Both the position numbers and the translations under genes were made by a program. Of a stretch of DNA of 64,000 bases, positions 51,643-64,000 are shown in pieces (positions within the stretch are counted from its first letter, which is position 1; each line of letters begins with the position of its first letter). Under the pieces are notes generated by a model. It was not told the origin of the DNA. It worked only from the letters and a program-made list of their open reading frames with translations, and did not search any database. This DNA comes from Eledone cirrhosa (Eukaryota). The stretch is from positions 9,424,001-9,488,000 of the forward strand of contig OZ024757.1 of the NCBI GenBank assembly GCA_964016885.1, read 5' to 3'.

Positions 51643-53980
51643 TGTAGTGACCTACATTCCGCGGGCTCACATACATTCTCTGTGCGTGATTTGGCTCAGC
51701 TCAGCCAATCAGCGCCAGTAGAAGAGGATGTATCCCTACGCGTCCTGAGGGAGAAATTACCCGCGAAGATTTGAAGAATCTCTCTCTCGCACCAGGAACT
51801 TCGAACCAGCAACACGTACATGTGACGGTGAGATTTTGCACCTTAGCCTGCCGGCTTTCCGGCGCAATGGCACATTCCCTTTTGTAACCTCATTTTTATG
51901 TGTAACTTCAATCATACAAGTTAACCAACATTATTTGTGCTACAACAAAAATAAACATACATTTCATCTCTAATTTCTGCTGTTGACATCATTATTATGT
52001 TACTCGTGTCTCAATAACCTTTATACACCATGCTGCTAAAACTGGTGACCGACGTAAGAATTTTACGCAGCCTTTTTGTTCAGTTGAACTTCACTGTTAT
52101 TACCACGTTGCCAATCTTTTCGCAACTTACGAAAATACAAAATATTCCTTTTAAAATTTTTAAAAAATTAGCAGTATTTCAAAAACTTTTCGCTACAAGG
52201 AAATTTCAAAATGGCTACCGACAAGTCCTGTCTACAATCAACAACAACAACAGCAGCAGCAGCAGCAGCGACAACATTGTTTAACCACTAACCAACAACA
52301 GGGAATAGTGATATGGCAGCTTCATAGCCTTACCGACGCAACCACCACACATCATATTGTTTACTTCTATGATTTCACATGTATTTTCAAAATTATAGCC
52401 CGGAGACATTTTTTTTTCTTTCGATACGGCTTCCTGCAATACAAACAAGCAACACAACCCTTTGTCACACAAGGTGGCAGGACGGTAAAATGGCCACGAA
52501 AACTCTCAAAAACAATATACATCTAACCCCTAGTGGCATTAACAAACTTCTTTTTCACTTTTCAGATAGAACTAGTGTCAGAAAGTCTGTACACTGGTGA
52601 TGTGTGAACTATTTGACTTTGAAAAACTTTGAACTTATCATTGAGCATTAATTTCTCTGCTCCCTTATATTGACTTTGAATTATCGGTTTGTTACATTCA
52701 CATATTTCTTTGTAAAATGCATTTACTTGTTTTGTGCTCTTTTGCTATTTGCTTGCTCATGGTTTTTATTCATTCACATTCTTTCCTGTTTTACATGCCT
52801 GCATATGCACACATTTATTTGTCACCTACCAACATGTTGTTCTTAGTATATGTTCTTCAAACGTAATATTCCGCGAGATCCCTTTTCACCTGGTTGAGGT
52901 GATGTCACATGCTAGCAACTCATAGAGCTTAATTCACCTGAATTCAAACAGGCACCGCAACACGAGAATACTAATTGAAGCTGAACTCAAACAGTTTCGC
53001 ATCTCGTTGCACACTCATCGTCCATAACAACCTCCACCTTGTTATCTTACCCGACTCACTGGGAAAACAACAAATAGAACTGGACTTGTCGGCATTTCCA
53101 CCACTTCTGTGGACTCGCCCGAATTATGGAATTTGCACTGCAACCCACCTACAGATTCAGCTTGCTTTTTTTCTTTTCAAAGCAACCAGCCATTTTTTCC
53201 TGGCTCCCTAGCACATTCGGCAATACATCTGGGAGGTCAACATTTTCTCGCCTACCCATCATCTTCTTGCCAGCACTGGTAAACTACCATAATAGCTTCA
53301 TCCACAGCTACTGGTACAACACTTACCATTAACATTTAATGCAAGAACAGCAACTTCGCCCATGCCAGACTTTATCCTTTTTCTGTTAGACCTTTGGTGG
53401 TCACGTATAAACTACAAAACAGCTAGTCATTTGACACAGCGGCTCAACACGGCCCTTAGCGCCTCATATTTTTTCTTGCATGCATCCTTCTGCTCAATTA
53501 TTTTTTCACTGATGTGCTCTTTCAGCATTTGTTCTTGCTAATTCAATAATCTGTATCGACATCCGTCTAGGAGGGGAGTATTGTAGTGACCTACATTCCG
53601 CGGGCTCACATACATTCTCTGTGCGTGATTTGGCTCAGCTCAGCCAATCAGCGCCAGTAGAAGAGGATGTATCCCTACGCGTCCCGAGGGAAAAATTACC
53701 CGCGAAGATTTGAAGAATCTCTCTCTCGCACCAGGAACTTCGAACCAGCAACATGTACAATGTGACGGTGAGATTTTGCACCTTAGCCTGCCGGCTTTCC
53801 GGCGAAATGGCACATTCCCTTTTGTAACCTCATTTTTATGTGTAACTTCAACCATACAAGTTAACCAACATTATTTGTGCTACAACAAAAATAAACATAC
53901 ATTTCATCTCTAATTTCTGCTGTTGACATCATTATTATGTTACTCGTGTCTCAATAACATTTATATTCCATGCTGCTAAA
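51643..53980 (+). mobile_element. Non-autonomous Gypsy-type LTR retrotransposon (LTRs 51643-52040 and 53582-53980)
   Basis: ~398-bp direct repeats with about 9 differences; 4-bp TSD AACT; PBS TGGTGACCGACGT (tRNA-Trp-like); PPT AGGAGGGGAG; no long ORF. Confidence 0.9.
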
Positions 53981-55466
53981 AACTAAACATGGAAGAAAAC
54001 TATAGATATATACATATATATAGATGTATGTGTACAAAACATACTCACGCACATAGAAAGGCAAAGCTAACCTCGGCGGGATTTGTGAATTCTATGCACC
54101 AAAGTATGTTGTCCAACACTCTACCGGTACTACCAATCTACCCCAGTACTGGTACTTTTTTATCGACCTTAAATAGATGAAAGGTAAAGTTGACCTCGAT
54201 ACTATTTGAACTCAGAGAGTAGAGAGTCTGAACGAATACTGCAAATCATTTCATCTAACGTTATCATGATTCTGACAATTCGCCGCCTTAAGGAAGTATA
54301 CACAGTATTTTTATTTAAAAAACTAGATCCATATTCCGTATTTCTTAATTAATAGTATTTAACTGAGAAACTAATCCGTAGCTTCGTAGTATTTTGTTTT
54401 CTTTGTTTCCATTAGTCAAGGTCAAATTTTGAAGGGGAATGAAGTAATTGATTAAATCTTCCGGAGTACACATACAGACAAAACCATTTCGTCTATGAAT
54501 GTCATTAGGATTTTTATTTAATGACATTTTGTTATCATCAACAGAGGTATGAAAAGGCAAAGTCCACTCAGTGGAGTTTGAACCTAGCACACAGGGTGTA
54601 ATTAGATACAGGTACATTTGAACGTACCACACAGAAGGGTGTAATTAGATACAGGTAAGTTTGAACCTAGCACATAGAAGGACGTAACTATACACAGCTG
54701 CGGTTTTTATTAAAAAGAAAAATCATGAAATTATGTAAATGATATCGAAAATAAATCGATGAAAATTCAACCAAATAGAGAGCAAAAGAAAAATAGACTG
54801 AGAGAGAGGGGGGGGGGGTAGACAATACTTTAATTATTACCAAGTATATGGATTTTGTGTAATTGCTGGTCAACAAACAAACTTCTTATATAGTATAAGA
54901 TAAGATATTACAGATATATATATATTTGTTTTCTTTATGGAAACCCCTGTTGAGAGCTTCATGGCCCATTTTCATTTTTTTTTTTCAATTTGAATCTGTG
55001 CCATTGTGTTTCCTGCAAACTTCCAGGATTAGCTTACCTCCTCTTTGGTGGCAAGTCACATGCCACTGAAAGAGAGGGTTATTACTACAGTGGCAAATGT
55101 CCATCGGAGTAGTGTGGCGAATAGCTGATCTGAACTATCCGTTTCAGTGAGCCTAATCCCCGCTGAAGATGCGACTCAAGCCACTTACGTAATGATTACT
55201 AACATTACCTAATTTCTGCACACACCGTAGTTCCGCTGGGACTACCACAAGAAGATGAATTTGCAGAAACTAATGCATTGATCCAAAGCCGGAAAATCAA
55301 ATTTTCTACTTACGCAAACCGTTTTTCTTTCATTAATTAACGTATAATTGTGCATTCTAATATACTTGGGCTGCCGTCTTAATGATACTGATTTAATAAA
55401 ATTATTGGGTGAGTGAGAAAACGACCGAAGCTGTGTCGGTCCTATTCGATAGCTTCGTTTCTTTAT

Positions 55467-59937
<4,471 letters not shown>

Positions 59938-60928
59938 TTATTCCACAAAGCTTCAATCAAACTTCAACACTCTCTTATATATATATATATATATATTTAG
60001 AGATTTACTAGCAAGCAGGGCAGTGTTATTATTAAGTCCAACTAGGCAACCGACTGGGGTGCATACTTCTATGAGTCAAATTTTTAACCCATAATTCCTA
60101 AGGTAGTTGTAGGTAGGGACACCTTATTGAGATACGGCGTTTATATGACATTTTAAAACTGGTAGTGCCCATCTCCTATCCACGTCTGAATACAGCAGGT
60201 CTCTTCTAGAGAAGGATAGAGAGCGTGACAGAAAGGAAGTGAGAAAGAGATATAGAGGAAGAATCTACCCCAGTACTTGAATGGTACTTGATTTTACCGA
60301 CCTCAAATGGATGAAAGATAAAATTGACCTCGGTTGGATTTGAACTCAGAGAGCAGAACGCCGAAATGAATAGTGCAAAGCATTCTATCTGACGTTCTAA
60401 CGGCTCTGCTAATTCACCACCAAGTGAGACATGTTACTGAACCTAAAACTATCAAAGTTCTATACAAATTTGTATAATTAAATAAAATCTCTCTCTATAT
60501 AAAATTCTGTGTCGATCTGTCTTTCTGTCTTTTCCTTATGCATTCCTAAACGGCTCAACTAATTCAAATCAAATTTTACAAGATAATAGTATCAGACCCC
60601 ATGAGTGTCAACATACATTTTTTATTTTCTAATTTTATAACATCAACGAAGAAAAAGATGCCGGGTATGCTAACCAGGCTGACTGTTATTTATAGCAGAC
60701 TGGGATTAAACCATTTGTTGTCAATGATCGTGTTTCGAGGCCAGAGTCTCCAATTCCAACGCTGACACACACACACACACACACACACATACATGCACAT
60801 ACACACACATACACACACATACACAAATAGGCACATACACATGCACGCACATACACATACACATACAATTATCTATAACTATAACTCTAATGTAATAGCC
60901 TAGTGTATTTGTCTGTCACACACTAGAG

Positions 60929-63188
60929 ATGACTGAGGAAGGAAGGGGTGATTATGTCGCCTGATGAAGGAAGTGGTGATTATGTTGACTGAGGAAGGAA
61001 GGGGTGATTATGTCGCCTGATGAAGGAAGTGGTGATTATGTTGACTGAGGAAAGAAGGGGTGATTATGTTGACTGGGGAAGGAAGGGGTGATTATGTTGA
61101 CTGAGGAAGGAAGGGGTGATTATGTTGACTGAGGAAGGAAGGGGTGATTATGTTGACTGGGGAAGGAGGGGCTAATTATGTTGACTGGGGAAGGAATGGG
61201 TGATTATGTTGACTGGGGAAGGAAGTGGTGATTATATTGACTGAGGAAGGAAGGGGTGATTATGTTGACTGGGGAAGGAGGGGCTAATTATGTTGACTGG
61301 GGAAGAAAGGGGTGATTATGTTGACTGAGGAAGGAAGGGGTGATTATGTTGACTGGGGAAGGAAGGGGTGATTATGTTGACTGAGGAAGGAGGGGGTGAT
61401 TATGTTGACTGAGGAAGGAAGGGGTGATTATGTTGACTGGGGAAGGAAGGGGTGATTATGTTGACTGAGGAAGGAAGGGGTGATTATGTTGACTGAGGAA
61501 GGAAGGGGTGATTATGTTGACTGAGGAAGGAAGGGGTGATTATGTTGACTGGGGAAGGAGGGGCTAATTATGTTGACTGGGGAAGGAAGGGGTGATTATG
61601 TTGACTGGGGAAGGAAGGGGTGATTATGTTGACTGGGGAAGGAAGGGGTGATTATGTTGACTGAGGAAGGAAGGGGTGATTATGTTGACTGGGGAAGGAG
61701 GGGCTAATTATGTTGACTGGGGAAGGAGGGGGTAATTATGTTGACTGAGGAAGGAAGGGGTGATTATGTTGACTGAGGAAGGAAGGGGTGATCATGTTGA
61801 CTGGGGAAGGAGGGGCTAATTATGTTGACTGGGGAAGGAGGGGTTAATTATGTTGACTGAGGAAGGAAGGGGTGATTATGTTGACTGAGGAAGGAGGGGG
61901 TGATTATGTTGACTGGAGAAGGAAGGGATGATTATGTTGACTGAGGAAGGAAGGGGTGATTATGTTGACTGGGGAAGGAAGGGGTGATTATGTTGACTGG
62001 GGAAGGAAGGGGTGATTATGTTGACTGAGGAAGGAGGGGGTGATTATGTTGACTGAGGAAGGAAGGGGTGATTATGTTGACTGGGGAAGGAAGGGGTGAT
62101 TATGTTGACTGAGGAAGGAAGGGGTGATTATGTTGACTGAGGAAGGAAGGGGTGATTATGTTGACTGGGGAAGGAGGGGCTAATTATGTTGACTGGGGAA
62201 GGAGGGGGTAATTATGTTGACTGAGGAAGGAAGGGGTGATTATGTTGACTGAGGAAGGAACGGGTGATTATGTTGACTGGGGAAGGAGGGGCTAATTATG
62301 TTGACTGGGGAAGGAAGGGGTGATTATGTTGACTGAGGAAGGAGGGGGTGATTATGTTGACTGAGGAAGGAGGGGGTGATTATGTTGACTGGAGAAGGAA
62401 GGGGTGATTATGTTGACTGAGGAAGGAGGGGGTGATTATGTTGACTGGGGAAGGAAGGGGTGATTATGTTGACTGAGGAAGGAACGGGTGATTATGTTGA
62501 CGGAGGAAGGAAGGGGTGATTATGTTGACTGGGGAAGGAGGGGCTAATTATGTTGACTGGGGAAGGAAGGGGTGATTATGTTGACTGAGGAAGGAGGGGG
62601 TGATTATGTTGACTGGAGAAGGAAGGGGTGATTATGTTGACTGAGGAAGGAGGGGGTGATTATGTTGACTGGGGAAGGAAGGGGTGATTATGTTGACTGA
62701 GGAAGGAGGGGGTGATTATGTTGACTGAGGAAGGAAGGGGTGATTATGTTGACTGGGGAAGGAAGGGGTGATTATGTTGACTGAGGAAGGAAGGGGTGAT
62801 TATGTTGACTGAGGAAGGAAGGGGTGATTATGTTGACTGAGGAAGGAAGGGGTGATTATGTTGACTGGGGAAGGAGGGGCTAATTATGTTGACTGGGGAA
62901 GGAGGGGGTAATTATGTTGACTGAGGAAGGAAGGGGTGATTATGTTGACTGAGGAAGGAAGGGGTGATTATGTTGACTGAGGAAGGAAGGGGTGATTATG
63001 TTGACTGAGGAAGGAAGGGGTGATTATGTTGACTGGGGAAGGAGGGGGTAATTATGTTGACTGAGGAAGGAAGGGGTGATTATGTTGACTTTGGAAGGAA
63101 GGGGTGATTATGTTGACTGAGGAAGGAAGGGGTGATTATGTTGACTGAGGAAGGAGGGGTGATTATGTTGACTGAGGAAGGAAGGGGT
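60929..63188 (+). repeat. 28-bp purine-rich minisatellite (TGATTATGTTGACTGAGGAAGGAAGGGG), ~80 units
   Basis: The unit start recurs at 61201, 61621, 62041 and 62461 (420 = 15 x 28). Confidence 0.97.
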
Positions 63189-63426
63189 GTCTAATACACA
63201 CACATCTATGTGATGACTGAGGAATGGGTGTGAGAAACTAGGATTCCAGCGTTCTAATATTCATCCCATCTGTGTTTGTATGTTTGTATCACTTGTGTGA
63301 GTGAACGCGAAGGATCTAACCAACCAACCAACAAGCAAACAAACACCTCTCTTTTATATCATCTACAGATATTACAATCAGCCGCCAATTTTGACGCCAC
63401 GGGGACAGCTAGTCTATATATAATTA

Positions 63427-63971
63427 TCTATATCATTATATAAAAGATAATATAAAATATTGCGACTTCCATCATTCTTTTGAGAAACGTGGACCCTTTA
63501 CTTCTATGCAATGGCACACTTTACAGCTAAGAGGTTGATGAACCATCTTCTAGAGGTGAGCTTGGAAGCAATCATCAAAAAAATGTATTTATTCCCAAGA
63601 TTCCTCTTATCCCTTCCTTTACTGAGCTACCTTTCAAATTATCAAGACTTCAGTTCCCTGTTAGAGCCAGTTTTGCTATGACCATAAATAAAGTTCAGGC
63701 GCAGAATTTCAAAGTTGTAGAATTCAATACAAGAGAATCGCCTTGAACCCATGGACAGTTATATGTAGGTTGTTCATGAGGGGGAACCCCTAGAAATCTA
63801 CTGTTTTTTTTTGTTTGTTTGTTTGTTTTTTTTGTTTTTTTTTTGTAACACACACAGACACCACGGTCTCGCCCCATACTGTAAGATAGACAAACATCCA
63901 ATACAGTCATTTTCTCTTCTACCTGTCTTCTCTCATCTCTTTACCCGGGCGACGCTGGGTAGGTCAGCTAG
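63427..63971 (+). mobile_element. Non-autonomous Helitron-like element
   Basis: A|TCTATATCATTATATAAAA start; hairpin ACCCGGGCGACGCTGGGT then CAGCTAG|T; pairing of the two ends is inferred. Confidence 0.55.
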
Positions 63972-64000
63972 TATATTATACATTACTGAGATCAATAAAC

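Noticed and set aside
60929-63188. CRISPR array or tandem hammerheads (CTGAGGA in each unit)
   Set aside because: No unique spacers or cas genes; no GAAA core partner or complementary stems

Overview
Eukaryotic, AT-rich, microsatellite-dense DNA made almost entirely of transposable elements. I see no host gene, rRNA, true tRNA or CRISPR array. The repeat content suggests an invertebrate, possibly a cephalopod such as Octopus (inference only). 1-4724 is a Tx1-type (L1 clade) LINE on the minus strand with open ORF1 and ORF2 frames. 4725-28659 is an (AAT)n-punctuated array holding ten co-oriented pieces of two R4/Dong-clade RLE retrotransposon families (A and B); a second Tx1 copy, whose own tail is (ATT)n, closes it on the right. 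30.4-45.4 kb holds Penelope-like (GIY-YIG) fragments with inverted pseudo-LTRs, about ten type I hammerhead ribozyme motifs, and an RTE LINE. 45.8-51.6 kb holds a SINE inside a Helitron inside a hAT MITE, a CRE-like RLE fragment and more SINEs. 51.6-54 kb is a non-autonomous Gypsy-type LTR element. 55.7-59.8 kb is a single TSD-bounded insertion joining a SINE 3' tail to a Tx1 body with a twin-priming inversion. 60.9-63.2 kb is a 28-bp minisatellite, followed by Helitron-like ends. Best candidate system: a Tx1 LINE and a possible partner SINE with (ATT)n tails that share AAT targets with Dong elements. All alignments and folds were done by eye; boundaries may be off by a few bases.
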